DNA from: Ignavibacteria bacterium
GTDB taxonomy: Bacteria; Bacteroidota; Ignavibacteria; Tepidaquicellales; Tepidaquicellaceae
NCBI GenBank assembly: GCA_016704345.1
Contig: JADJAH010000037.1
Span: forward strand, 116,417 to 140,416
Direction: 5' to 3'
DNA: 24,000 nucleotides
Under the pieces are notes generated by a model that saw only the letters and a list, made by a program, of their open reading frames with translations, searched no databases and was not told where the DNA came from. A program made the position numbers and the translations under genes. This document shows positions 8,508 to 17,891 of the stretch, piece after piece. The number at the start of each line of letters is the position of its first letter. Positions within the stretch are counted from its first letter, which is position 1.

Positions 8508-9767
8508 ATGCAATCATTTCTGAAGATCAGTCCCGATTCGCATTTTCCAATTCAAAACATCCCGTTCGGAATATTCACGAAGCTTAATGACAATAAGCCA
8601 AGAGCGGCTTCGCGGATTGGAGATCATGTCATTGATCTTTCTATGCTGGAGAAAAAAGGTTATCTGAAGGAATTTATTCCCGAAGAAGCCGATGAAGTCT
8701 TTTCCGGAAAATCTCTTAACAAGTTTATGGGATTAGGAAAAAGTGTTACTTCAGATGTTCGCAAGAGGATACAGACTCTTCTGCGAGATGATTGTGATGA
8801 AATAAAGGAAAAAGAATCATTTCTAAAAAAACTCCTGATTCCTATTGAAGATTGCAGAATGCTATTGCCTGTTGAGATTGGAGACTATACAGATTTTTAT
8901 TCGTCAAAAGAACACGCAACAAATGTGGGTATAATGTTCAGAGGAAAGGAGAATGCGCTTATGCCCAACTGGCTGCATCTTCCGGTTGCATACCACGGAA
9001 GAGCAAGCTCAATAGTTGTCAGCGGAACTGATGTAACAAGGCCGAAGGGTCAGACTAAAGCAGATGATGAAGATCTTCCCAAGTTCGGACCGAGCAAGCT
9101 TTTGGATTTCGAACTTGAGATGGGATTCTTTATTGGACAAGGAAATGATTTAGGCAAAGCTGTTCCGGTGAAGAAAGCGCAGGATCATATATTTGGATTT
9201 GTGCTTGTTAACGACTGGAGTGCACGCGACATTCAAAAATGGGAATATGTGCCTCTTGGTCCGTTCCTTGCAAAAAATTTTGCTACATCAATTTCTCCCT
9301 GGATCGTTACTCTTGAAGCACTTGAGCCATTCAAAGTTGAGAGACAAAAACAAGATCCCAAACCGCTCCCCTATCTTAAGAGCTCAGGAGAATGGCATTA
9401 TGACATCAACCTTGAAGTTAGCATCCGTTGTGCAGGAACAAACGATTTTATTCCAATATCAAAATCGAATTTCAAACATCTGTATTGGGATATATGTCAG
9501 CAGTTAGCTCATCATACTGTTACGGGATGCAACCTGCGTACGGGAGATCTTTTGGCATCCGGAACAATAAGCGGTCCTTCAAGCGATTCTTTCGGCAGCC
9601 TGCTTGAACTAACATGGAAAGGAACCCAACCGCTTAATCTTGCATCCGGTGAGACGCGGAGATTTCTTGTTGATGGGGACACTTTGAAGATTACAGGTTG
9701 GTGTCAAGGCAAGAGCTATAAAATTGGATTCGGCGAAGTGACCGGAAAAATTCTTCCAACTAATTGA
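8508..9767 (+). CDS. fahA: Fumarylacetoacetase
   Basis: Track ORF starts at 8307, but homology begins at ATG 8508 (MQSFLKISPDSHFPIQNIPFGIF). Contains DYTDFYSSKEHATNVG, LPVAYHGRASSIVVSG, FELEMGFFIG, LVNDWSARDIQKWEYVPLGPFLAKNFATSISPW and GDLLASGTISG. Confidence 0.95.
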   Translation: MQSFLKISPDSHFPIQNIPFGIFTKLNDNKPRAASRIGDHVIDLSMLEKKGYLKEFIPEEADEVFSGKSLNKFMGLGKSVTSDVRKRIQTLLRDDCDEIKEKESFLKKLLIPIEDCRMLLPVEIGDYTDFYSSKEHATNVGIMFRGKENALMPNWLHLPVAYHGRASSIVVSGTDVTRPKGQTKADDEDLPKFGPSKLLDFELEMGFFIGQGNDLGKAVPVKKAQDHIFGFVLVNDWSARDIQKWEYVPLGPFLAKNFATSISPWIVTLEALEPFKVERQKQDPKPLPYLKSSGEWHYDINLEVSIRCAGTNDFIPISKSNFKHLYWDICQQLAHHTVTGCNLRTGDLLASGTISGPSSDSFGSLLELTWKGTQPLNLASGETRRFLVDGDTLKITGWCQGKSYKIGFGEVTGKILPTN

Positions 9768-9775
9768 TCATTAGC

Positions 9776-10651
9776 ATGAATAACAGTAATGCTTTAATAG
9801 GAATTTTTGCTGTGATGTGCTTTGTATTTTTCATATCTTGCTCAGATGAAAATCCCGCAACTAATAATCCTAACGAACCTTCAGGAAATTTCAAGTATCC
9901 GTACGAGATAAATTCATTCTGGTATTATTCGACATACAATTATGTAACTAACTACAGACCTGATAGTCTCAGAAACATTATTGCGGATGATACTATTGTC
10001 GGAAACGGAATCGCAGAATTCACAAGAGATACAGTATTCAATTCAGACACTTTACATCTTTTGAAGAATACACATTCTTCAGAAGGTCATGAGCATACAA
10101 CTCTGGAGTTGTATAAACAGAGTGATACCGGATTAGTCAGATTTGCATTTTACTCAAGCGGTACTAACTTCGGACCATTCCGAGTTTCGCAACTAAGATT
10201 TAAGATTGAGAATGACAGCAAAGAGTTTAAATCAACAACTGAACTCTTGCGCTGGTATGAAAGCTATGCCGTTGCCGATTTCCACGGTGATACAACTTTC
10301 ATTATTGATGATCCTCCAATCAACGCTATAAAATATCCGATCACAGATGGCACTGAATGGTCATATCTTGATTACGGTGCAACGAAGATAAAGAAATTGT
10401 ATTCAGGATTTGAGAACATTTCAACACAGGCAGGCTCATTCTATTGTGCAAGAATTAAGAGAAACTGGTATCTGAACTTTTCGAATGTTCCTGACAGCAA
10501 TTTTTATCTTGTGGATTATTTTTCGGAATCCGGCATGGTAAAAAGAGATTTCAGAATTAAGAATGTGCTTGTCACTACAAGCACGGGTGATCCGCTCGGA
10601 TACATTGAAGTTGTCGAAGAATCAAAACTAAATATTGTAACACTTCCCTAA
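9776..10651 (+). CDS. Hypothetical secreted lipoprotein
   Basis: Track ORF begins at TTG 9764; ATG 9776 is preferred. N-terminus MNNSNALIGIFAVMCFVFFISCSDEN has a hydrophobic stretch and a lipobox-like cysteine (FISC). Confidence 0.75.
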   Translation: MNNSNALIGIFAVMCFVFFISCSDENPATNNPNEPSGNFKYPYEINSFWYYSTYNYVTNYRPDSLRNIIADDTIVGNGIAEFTRDTVFNSDTLHLLKNTHSSEGHEHTTLELYKQSDTGLVRFAFYSSGTNFGPFRVSQLRFKIENDSKEFKSTTELLRWYESYAVADFHGDTTFIIDDPPINAIKYPITDGTEWSYLDYGATKIKKLYSGFENISTQAGSFYCARIKRNWYLNFSNVPDSNFYLVDYFSESGMVKRDFRIKNVLVTTSTGDPLGYIEVVEESKLNIVTLP

Positions 10652-10671
10652 AAAGAGTATTTAAAACAGAT

Positions 10672-11739
10672 ATGGATTCAGATACGCAGAAAGTAAGACT
10701 CACACAAATGGTAAAAGCCGCCGGTTGTGCCGCAAAACTTTTTCCAAACATTCTTTCAGATGCATTGCACGACATAGACTGGCTGCAAAATGAGAATGTG
10801 CTTGTTGGTTTTGAAGGCAGGGATGATGCCGGAGTGTACAAAATTTCAGACGAGCTAGCATTGATACACACAACAGATTTTTTTACGCCTGTTGTTGATG
10901 ACCCGTATATATTCGGACAGATAGCCGCAACTAACGCTTTGAGTGATGTGTATGCCATGGGCGGCACTCCGGTCAGCGCGCTAAACATAGTTGCATTTCC
11001 CCAAACGGAGGATGTCTCAATATTGAAGGAGATTCTTCGCGGAGGCGCTGACAAAACACGGGAGGCAAACACTGTTATCATTGGCGGTCATTCAATTGAT
11101 ATTCCGAATATTGCATATGGACTCGCAGTAACGGGAACAATCAATCCCAATAAAATAAAGGGCAACAATTGCGCACGGCCCGGCGATGTTCTTATTATTA
11201 CAAAAGCGCTAGGTACCGGCATTCTGAATAATGCTGTAAAGTTCGCAGCCTTAAGCAATGGCAGATTAGATGCTTTGCTGTCATCGATGCTCAGGCTCAA
11301 TATGAATGCATCTCAATGTATGCAGAAGCATAATGCAAATGCATGTACTGACATTACCGGTTTTGGTTTAGCCGGTCATGCAATGCAGCTTGCAAAAGCA
11401 AGCAGAGTTATTTTGAGTTTTCAAGCTGCCGCTATCCCCGTTCTCGACGGCGTGTTTGAAGGTATTGCTGCAAACATGCTGACGAGAGGCGACAAGTCAA
11501 ACAGAGATTACACAAAACATTCCGTGAAGACCAAAGGCATTGTTGACAAAGCAATTGATCATCTCATTTACGATCCGCAGACTTCAGGCGGATTGCTAAT
11601 CTCTGTTCCCGAAAAACATTCCCGACAGTTAATTCAAGAACTCAGAGATTCCGGAGATGAAGTATCTGCTATTGTTGGAGAAATATTACCCGCTATGAAT
11701 GAAGAGGAAATCGGCAATATCATATTCAGTTATGAATGA
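10672..11739 (+). CDS. selD: Selenide, water dikinase (selenophosphate synthetase)
   Basis: 355 aa; LTQMVKAAGCAAKLFPNIL (GCxxK active-site region), DDAGVYKI, HTTDFFTPVVDDPYIFGQIAATNALSDVYAMGG, GGHSID, TDITGFGLAGHA and DPQTSGGLL. Confidence 0.97.
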   Translation: MDSDTQKVRLTQMVKAAGCAAKLFPNILSDALHDIDWLQNENVLVGFEGRDDAGVYKISDELALIHTTDFFTPVVDDPYIFGQIAATNALSDVYAMGGTPVSALNIVAFPQTEDVSILKEILRGGADKTREANTVIIGGHSIDIPNIAYGLAVTGTINPNKIKGNNCARPGDVLIITKALGTGILNNAVKFAALSNGRLDALLSSMLRLNMNASQCMQKHNANACTDITGFGLAGHAMQLAKASRVILSFQAAAIPVLDGVFEGIAANMLTRGDKSNRDYTKHSVKTKGIVDKAIDHLIYDPQTSGGLLISVPEKHSRQLIQELRDSGDEVSAIVGEILPAMNEEEIGNIIFSYE

Positions 11740-12946
11740 ATTTAAAGGAGACAAGCAGCTATTTGAATTCATAAGGTCGGCAAACATTTCACAAACACCT
11801 TCTCTTAAAGAACTCCTATCCAATTATCAATCAGATACAATTATTATCTCCGATGTTCTGTCAAAGTTGAGACAACACAATGACAGACTATTGTTGATCG
11901 ATGCACGTTCACAGGCAGAATTTGAAGATTCTGAAATTCCCGGGGCAGTAAATTTTCCGGTTCTTACAAATACTGAAAGACACAATGTCGGCTTGATATA
12001 CAAGAAATATTCACAAGCCGCAGCATTGTGGCTTGCATTGAAGTATGCGCAGCCAAAAGCCGATGATCTCAACAAAATCTTAACCGGCCACAATGCAGCT
12101 GAAAGAGAAATAGTCGTTTACTGCTGGCGCGGAGGAGGAAGAAGCGGATATCTTTCTAAAATGATCAGTGATCTCGGATATAAAGTTTCAACACTTAAGG
12201 GAGGACACAAGTCATTCAGAAGATACGTCAACGAATATTTCTCAAGGAAGAATTTTCATTCCGGCTTGATTGAGCTTACCGGAATGACCGGCAGCGGTAA
12301 AACTATGCTGCTCAAAGAGACCGGCAAATCTATTCCCATAATTGATTTGGAAAATTCAGCTCTGCACTATTCAAGTTTACTTGGAAGGATACCTTATGAC
12401 ATCAAGTCAATCCCCGAAGTTAAAAATCAGGCGGCATTTGAGAACAGGGTTTTTGCGGATGTGTGTTTGAATAGAATGGAGAAATCAGAAGAAGAAGAGA
12501 TTTATTTGATCGAAAGTGAAAGCAGGAAAGTCGGGGACTTCATAATACCTGAGATGCTATTTAATAGAATGCTGACAGCACCCGTTATCAGAGTTGACTC
12601 AGCCGTAGAGTACAGAGTGAAGCGATTAAACAGAGACTACTTCGGCGAGAATAATGAAGGCATAGAACCTATGTTGAATATTATGAAATCAAAGGAAACA
12701 TTCTTCAGACAACAATTGAGTTCATCAACTTACAAAGAGCTTATTGGAAATTTAGAAAGAGGTGAAACGGAAAAGTTCACAGAGATTATGCTGATCAAAT
12801 ATTATGATGTGAAATATAAAGACAAAGGGAAAATACCTGTCGCAGTTGTTAATGCAGATCATGCTCAAGATGCAGTGAAAGAAATATTGGAAATATATCG
12901 AAAGAACAAGCAGAGTCGGAGGAATGCATCCTCGAACTCTGCTTAG
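11732..12946 (+). CDS. mnmH: tRNA 2-selenouridine synthase
   Basis: Track ORF starts at 11699; ATG 11732 (MNEFKGDKQLFEF) overlaps the end of selD by 8 nt. Rhodanese domain LLLIDARSQAEFEDSEIPGAVNFP with catalytic CWRGGGRSGYLS, then P-loop GMTGSGKT. Confidence 0.95.
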   Translation: MNEFKGDKQLFEFIRSANISQTPSLKELLSNYQSDTIIISDVLSKLRQHNDRLLLIDARSQAEFEDSEIPGAVNFPVLTNTERHNVGLIYKKYSQAAALWLALKYAQPKADDLNKILTGHNAAEREIVVYCWRGGGRSGYLSKMISDLGYKVSTLKGGHKSFRRYVNEYFSRKNFHSGLIELTGMTGSGKTMLLKETGKSIPIIDLENSALHYSSLLGRIPYDIKSIPEVKNQAAFENRVFADVCLNRMEKSEEEEIYLIESESRKVGDFIIPEMLFNRMLTAPVIRVDSAVEYRVKRLNRDYFGENNEGIEPMLNIMKSKETFFRQQLSSSTYKELIGNLERGETEKFTEIMLIKYYDVKYKDKGKIPVAVVNADHAQDAVKEILEIYRKNKQSRRNASSNSA

Positions 12947-12951
12947 ATAAA

Positions 12952-15900
12952 TTAGAATACAGGTTCTGTTAACGGTACAAACGATCTCACTATTAACTCT
13001 TCCTGAGTTTCAATATGGACACTAAGTGAACCCGGTGCTGGACTTGAACTTTCTTCCTTGGTCAATCTGAATAATCTCTGACCATTACCAAGACTGTCTT
13101 TCAGCCTAAGCGAAAGGAATCCCCAAGCACCCATGTTTGCCGGCTCTTCCTGAACCCACACGACTTCTTTAGCATTCTTGTATCCTTGCAAAACATTTCT
13201 CACTTTATCTGTATCGTATGGATAGTACTGCTCAAGCCTGATAATTGCTGTGTCAGAAATCTTTTTTGCTTCCCTGTATTTTGACAGGTCATAAAAAACT
13301 TTACCGCTTGTTAACAAGATCCTTTCCGTTTTCAGTTTGTCAGCATTTGCATCATCAATAATTTCCATGAAGGTCTGTTCAACAAAATCTTTCTTATAAG
13401 ATCTTGCTTCGGGAAGCCTTAGCAAACTCTTCGGAGTCATAATCACCAAAGGTCTTTTCTTGTGTTGCTTAGACTGACGTCTCAGTAAATGAAATAATTG
13501 TGCAGGTGTTGTAGGATTACAGACAATCATGTTGTCCTCAGCACAGAGCGTAAGAAATCTTTCCAGTCGTGCGCTTGAATGCTCGGGTCCCTGTCCTTCC
13601 TGTCCGTGAGGAAGCATCAAAACAATATTACATGGCAAACTCCACTTTGCATAAGAACTCGATATGAAATTATCTATGATAACCTGACCTGCGTTTGCAA
13701 AGTCGCCAAACTGCGCTTCCCATACCACCAGTGTGATAGGATCTGCTGTGGAATAGCCGTATTCAAATCCTAAGACTGCAGCTTCAGACAAAAGACTGTC
13801 AAGCGGTTCTATCCATGAAACCCCGGGAGCGATGTTATTCATTGTAATTATCTCTTGTCCCGTCTCAGCGTCAGTCAGTACAATGTGTCTTTGTGAGAAA
13901 GTACCTCGCGCACTGTCCTGTCCGCTCAGCCGGATTGGAATTCCATCCTGCATGAGACTTCCGAAAGCAAGCGCTTCACCGAATGCCCAATCTACTCCTG
14001 CATCAGTTGAAATAAAATCCTTTCTTGAATCAACGAACTTCTTGAGTTTAGGATGAAGAGTAAAATTTTCAGGAAGCGTAGTAATTGAGTTTACTATTGC
14101 ATTCAGTTTCTCTTCAGGCACATGTGTTTCTACATGAGACTCGGCAGCTTCTATCTCTTCTTCAGTAACAGCAAGCGGAATGTCGGTTTTAAATTTCTGG
14201 ACTTTTTCATGCCCTTCACTCATTTTCTCATAAATTCGAGTTTCGATTTCTTTCAATACCTCCGGAGTTACAACTTTTTCTTTCAACAACCGTTTCTCAT
14301 AGATCTCCTTTACCGAAGGATGATTCCTTATTTTTTTATACATCAGCGGCTGAGTGAATGCCGGCTCATCTGCTTCATTGTGGCCCAGCCTTCTGTATCC
14401 CCATACATCAACAACCACATCACTATTATACTTCATCCTATATTCAAAGGCGAGTTTGGTTACAAGCAAAGTTGCTTCAGGATCATCACCGTTAACATGA
14501 AAGATCGGAGCCTGTATCATCTTTGCCACATCCGAACAATACTGCGACGAGCGCGCTTCCTCAGGAGTAGTTGTGAAACCAATCTGATTATTAATTATGA
14601 TATGTATTGTTCCACCGGTTCTGTAGCCGTTGAGTTGAGAGAGATTGAGTGTCTCTGCTACAATCCCTTCACCCGCAACAGCAGCATCTCCGTGTATGAG
14701 AACAGGTATGACTCGATTCCGTGAGTTGTCATCCATCCATGTCTGCTTTGCCCTGACAATTCCTTCAACTACCGGATTTACAAATTCCAGATGGGACGGA
14801 TTTGACGCAACGGATACGATTATCTCTTTATCAGATTTTGTCTTATAATTACCTGTTGCGCCAAGATGATATTTTACATCGCCGGAACCTTGTGCAGACG
14901 CGGGATCAATATAACCTTCAAACTCAGAGAAGATGGCAGACATGGATTTTCCGATAATATTAGCAAGCACATTCAATCTTCCGCGGTGAGCCATGCCCAT
15001 AACAAGTTCATGTACAGAACTCTCCGAAGCACAGTTGAGAAGAAAATCCAGCAATGCAATTATAGTTTCAGAACCTTCAAGCGAGAATCTTTTGTGCCCC
15101 ACATATTTCTTATCAATAAACTTTTCAAAATTTTCAGCTTCCGAAAGTTTGAAGAGTATATGCTTCTTTTCTTCAACTGTGAATGAAGGCATATTCATAT
15201 TCATCTCAATTTGTCCTTCAAGCCATCTTTTCTTTTCCGGATCTTGAATATGCTTATATTCAACGCCTATCTTATCGCAATATGTTTGATAGAGAATATT
15301 CAAAATTTCACGAAGAGTCGCAGTTCTCTTACCCGCTAAGCCGTCCGTTATAAATTCTCTGTCGTAATCCCAAACTGTGAATCCGTATTTAGAAGGATCA
15401 AGCTCAGGGTGATACTGAGCTTTAGATTCCAGTGGATCCAGATTCGCAAGAAGATGCCCGCGGACCCTGAACATATTGATTAGTTGAATAGCCTTTGCCT
15501 GTTTTTCAATTTCTTCAAGATTGTCAATTTTGCCAAGATCATCTGCGTTCTTATCGAGAAACCATTTTACGGGTTTCATGGGTATCTGCAGTCCCTCGAA
15601 TATCTCTTCATAAAAATTATCATCGCCTTTGAGCAAGCCGCTCAACTTCTGTAAAAATACACCTGACTCTGCGCCCTGTATGATTCTGTGATCGTAGGTG
15701 CTTGTGATATTCATTACTTTGCTGATGCCGATCGTAGTGATGATCTCATTTGTAACTGCCTGATACTCTGCGGGATAATCTATTGCGCCTGTTGCAATAA
15801 TTGCGCCTTGCCCAAGCATCAGCCTCGGTGTTGATGCTACCGTGCCAAGCGTTCCGGGATTGGTAAGAGAAATTGTAGTTCCCTGAAAATCACTGACCTC

Positions 15901-16581
15901 AATTTTATTACTGCGCGCCTTCTTTATTATTTCATCGTAAGCATCGAAGTACTCGCCGAAGTTCATGAGATTTGCCTTCTTGATATTAGGAACTATGAGT
16001 GATCGGCTGCCATCTTTTTTTTCAAGATCAACGGCCAGTCCCAGATTCACGTCGGGCTTTTTGATAACGTTCGGTTCTCCGTTTATTACAGTATATGCAT
16101 TGTTCATGACGGGCACTGAGTTTATACCCTTTATGATTGCCCAGCCTATGATGTGTGTAAAAGAAACCTTGCGTCCGTTTTTTTTCTTGAGATATTCGTT
16201 TATCAATCTCCTGTTTTCCTCAAGAACTTTTACCGGTATGGTTCTGAAAGTAGTAGCAGTAGGAATAGTAAGACTTGCATTCATGTTTTCTATGATCTTG
16301 GCGCCAACACCTCTTATGACTTCAGGTTGCTCATCTCCTACCGGCTGGGGAATATTGATTTGTGCACGCGAATATCCGTTGCCTGAAACAGGTTTTGTCT
16401 CCGTTGATAATTTTTTGTCATTCTTATTAAGCTCGAGTTCCTTGAACAGGGTCTTCCAGTTGTCACTTACAGATCCGGGATCTTTCTGATATTCATCGAG
16501 AAGTTCGAGCACGTACCAGGTATTGAGTCCGAATTCAGAGATCTTTTCCTGTTGCTCAGTAGATAAGTCTTCTAATTTCAT
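12952..16581 (-). CDS. kgd: Multifunctional 2-oxoglutarate enzyme: fused dihydrolipoyllysine succinyltransferase (E2) catalytic domain and 2-oxoglutarate decarboxylase/dehydrogenase (E1)
   Basis: 1209 aa; N-terminal E1-type segment (NTWYVLELLDEYQKDPGSVSDNWKTLF), E2 acyltransferase segment (HIIGWAIIKG...TSTYDHRIIQGAESGVFL), then E1 (GMAHRGRLNVLANI, HGDAAVAGEGIVAETLNLSQLNGYRTGGTIHIIINNQIGFTT, LMLPHGQEGQGPEHSSARLERFL). Confidence 0.93.
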   Translation of the reverse strand: MKLEDLSTEQQEKISEFGLNTWYVLELLDEYQKDPGSVSDNWKTLFKELELNKNDKKLSTETKPVSGNGYSRAQINIPQPVGDEQPEVIRGVGAKIIENMNASLTIPTATTFRTIPVKVLEENRRLINEYLKKKNGRKVSFTHIIGWAIIKGINSVPVMNNAYTVINGEPNVIKKPDVNLGLAVDLEKKDGSRSLIVPNIKKANLMNFGEYFDAYDEIIKKARSNKIEVSDFQGTTISLTNPGTLGTVASTPRLMLGQGAIIATGAIDYPAEYQAVTNEIITTIGISKVMNITSTYDHRIIQGAESGVFLQKLSGLLKGDDNFYEEIFEGLQIPMKPVKWFLDKNADDLGKIDNLEEIEKQAKAIQLINMFRVRGHLLANLDPLESKAQYHPELDPSKYGFTVWDYDREFITDGLAGKRTATLREILNILYQTYCDKIGVEYKHIQDPEKKRWLEGQIEMNMNMPSFTVEEKKHILFKLSEAENFEKFIDKKYVGHKRFSLEGSETIIALLDFLLNCASESSVHELVMGMAHRGRLNVLANIIGKSMSAIFSEFEGYIDPASAQGSGDVKYHLGATGNYKTKSDKEIIVSVASNPSHLEFVNPVVEGIVRAKQTWMDDNSRNRVIPVLIHGDAAVAGEGIVAETLNLSQLNGYRTGGTIHIIINNQIGFTTTPEEARSSQYCSDVAKMIQAPIFHVNGDDPEATLLVTKLAFEYRMKYNSDVVVDVWGYRRLGHNEADEPAFTQPLMYKKIRNHPSVKEIYEKRLLKEKVVTPEVLKEIETRIYEKMSEGHEKVQKFKTDIPLAVTEEEIEAAESHVETHVPEEKLNAIVNSITTLPENFTLHPKLKKFVDSRKDFISTDAGVDWAFGEALAFGSLMQDGIPIRLSGQDSARGTFSQRHIVLTDAETGQEIITMNNIAPGVSWIEPLDSLLSEAAVLGFEYGYSTADPITLVVWEAQFGDFANAGQVIIDNFISSSYAKWSLPCNIVLMLPHGQEGQGPEHSSARLERFLTLCAEDNMIVCNPTTPAQLFHLLRRQSKQHKKRPLVIMTPKSLLRLPEARSYKKDFVEQTFMEIIDDANADKLKTERILLTSGKVFYDLSKYREAKKISDTAIIRLEQYYPYDTDKVRNVLQGYKNAKEVVWVQEEPANMGAWGFLSLRLKDSLGNGQRLFRLTKEESSSPAPGSLSVHIETQEELIVRSFVPLTEPVF

Positions 16582-16648
16582 TTTGAATTAATTTTGCCTA
16601 ATTTATCCAAATTTATAAACAACTTCAGCAGATTAAATCAAATCATTC

Positions 16649-17380
16649 ATGACTCGTATTACAATTGTTGCAATTATGTTGCTCATCGCATCAGTAACAC
16701 ATGCTCAAAGACCGGAAGACAAGACTTACATGGCGGGAGGATTCAATTATCAGCTTGCTTCAGCTGCTCCGCTTGATTATATAATTGACCGATTCAATCA
16801 AACACGTAACCTCATCGACGAAATGGACAAGGTAAGCCACATGTCCGGTGCAGTATTTGCTTTTGGGTTTGGATGGGGTGAAGATGAAAAGTTCATTTTA
16901 CTGGAAATGGGCTTGACCCTGGGAGGATCAGGTTCACTTTCGTCTGAAAGGCTGGAAAATGGCGTATTAAAAAAACAGGATCTCAAGGTGACTTCATTTC
17001 TTATTAATACCGGCTTCGCTTATTTGATACAGACTGAAAAGAAGTTTGAATACGGAGCAGGGCTATTCATTGACTACGGCGGGTTCAGAGTAAGAACCAG
17101 AACTTACAACAGCAATCAGACAGCCCCGGACTTTAAGGATATCGGAGAGTCAAATACTTTGGTTGGATTGACACCAACAATATTTCTTGATTACAACTTC
17201 TCTGAAACTTTCGGATTATCTTTTAGGCCGTTTTACAGATACCAGCTGTATGACAATGACTTGCAGTATGTTAACAAAGAGCTGAATCCAAACACATGGC
17301 AGAATGATGCTTATGATAATCAGCACGGAGCAATGCTGGACGGATTCGGAGGCACCTTATTGGCAGTATTCTTCTTCTGA
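16649..17380 (+). CDS. Predicted outer-membrane beta-barrel protein
   Basis: 243 aa; signal peptide (MTRITIVAIMLLIASVTHAQ); alternating hydrophobic/polar strands (FEYGAGLFIDYGGFRVRTRT, PTIFLDYNFSETFGLSFRPFYRYQL); C-terminus ending LLAVFFF. Confidence 0.7.
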   Translation: MTRITIVAIMLLIASVTHAQRPEDKTYMAGGFNYQLASAAPLDYIIDRFNQTRNLIDEMDKVSHMSGAVFAFGFGWGEDEKFILLEMGLTLGGSGSLSSERLENGVLKKQDLKVTSFLINTGFAYLIQTEKKFEYGAGLFIDYGGFRVRTRTYNSNQTAPDFKDIGESNTLVGLTPTIFLDYNFSETFGLSFRPFYRYQLYDNDLQYVNKELNPNTWQNDAYDNQHGAMLDGFGGTLLAVFFF

Positions 17381-17396
17381 TTCTGACAAACTTTTC

Positions 17397-17891
17397 TTAA
17401 ACGGGCTTGAACTGTTCGAATGACTGCATGCAATTATCGCAATAATGAATTGCTCTGCATTGAGTAGGACCAAAGGGAGTCTGCAATCTTGTATCACGGC
17501 TCCCGCAGAAAGGACATGCAACCTTAAACAGAGAATCAACTGAAACGAAACCGTCAACATGTCCAGGTAGTGCGAATTTGGATTCCTTCAACATCTGAAT
17601 GCCCTTTTCAGTTATCATGTTTGTACTCCACTGAACATCATAATTAACTTCCACTTCAACACTTCTGATTGGAAGCTTTCCGACTTTGGATTTTACATCT
17701 TCCTTCATCATATTAACAGCAGGACAACCGGCGAACGTAGGAGTCATTGTAACTCTAACATCTCCTTCATCAGATATTTTTACCGAAGTAATTATTCCCA
17801 TGTCAACAACCGATAATTTGGGAATCTCCGGGTCCATTACATCCTGAAGCGCTGCCCAAACATTTTCTTCCGTAACTAATTCATTTACCAT
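17397..17891 (-). CDS. paaD: 1,2-phenylacetyl-CoA epoxidase subunit PaaD
   Basis: 164 aa; MIP18-type N-terminus (VWAALQDVMDPEIPKLSVVDMGIITSV..TPTFAGCPA) and a C-terminal zinc-ribbon CPFCGSRDTRLQTPFGPTQCRAIHYCDNCMQSFEQFKPV. Confidence 0.95.
   Translation of the reverse strand: MVNELVTEENVWAALQDVMDPEIPKLSVVDMGIITSVKISDEGDVRVTMTPTFAGCPAVNMMKEDVKSKVGKLPIRSVEVEVNYDVQWSTNMITEKGIQMLKESKFALPGHVDGFVSVDSLFKVACPFCGSRDTRLQTPFGPTQCRAIHYCDNCMQSFEQFKPV

Noticed and set aside
10575-11081. 168-aa minus-strand ORF opposite selD
   Set aside because: Shadow of the strongly conserved SelD reading frame; no family motif.
12911-12926. GAGGAATGCATCCTC inverted repeat near the end of mnmH as a terminator
   Set aside because: Only a 5-bp stem, within coding sequence, and no adjacent T-tract on either strand.
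14122-14724. 200-aa plus-strand ORF opposite the E1 region of kgd
   Set aside because: Shadow ORF lacking any plausible domain, composition typical of reverse-complemented coding DNA.
15965-16489. 174-aa plus-strand ORF opposite the N-terminal/E2 part of kgd
   Set aside because: Antisense shadow with long F/S/L runs; kgd coding evidence is overwhelming on the minus strand.
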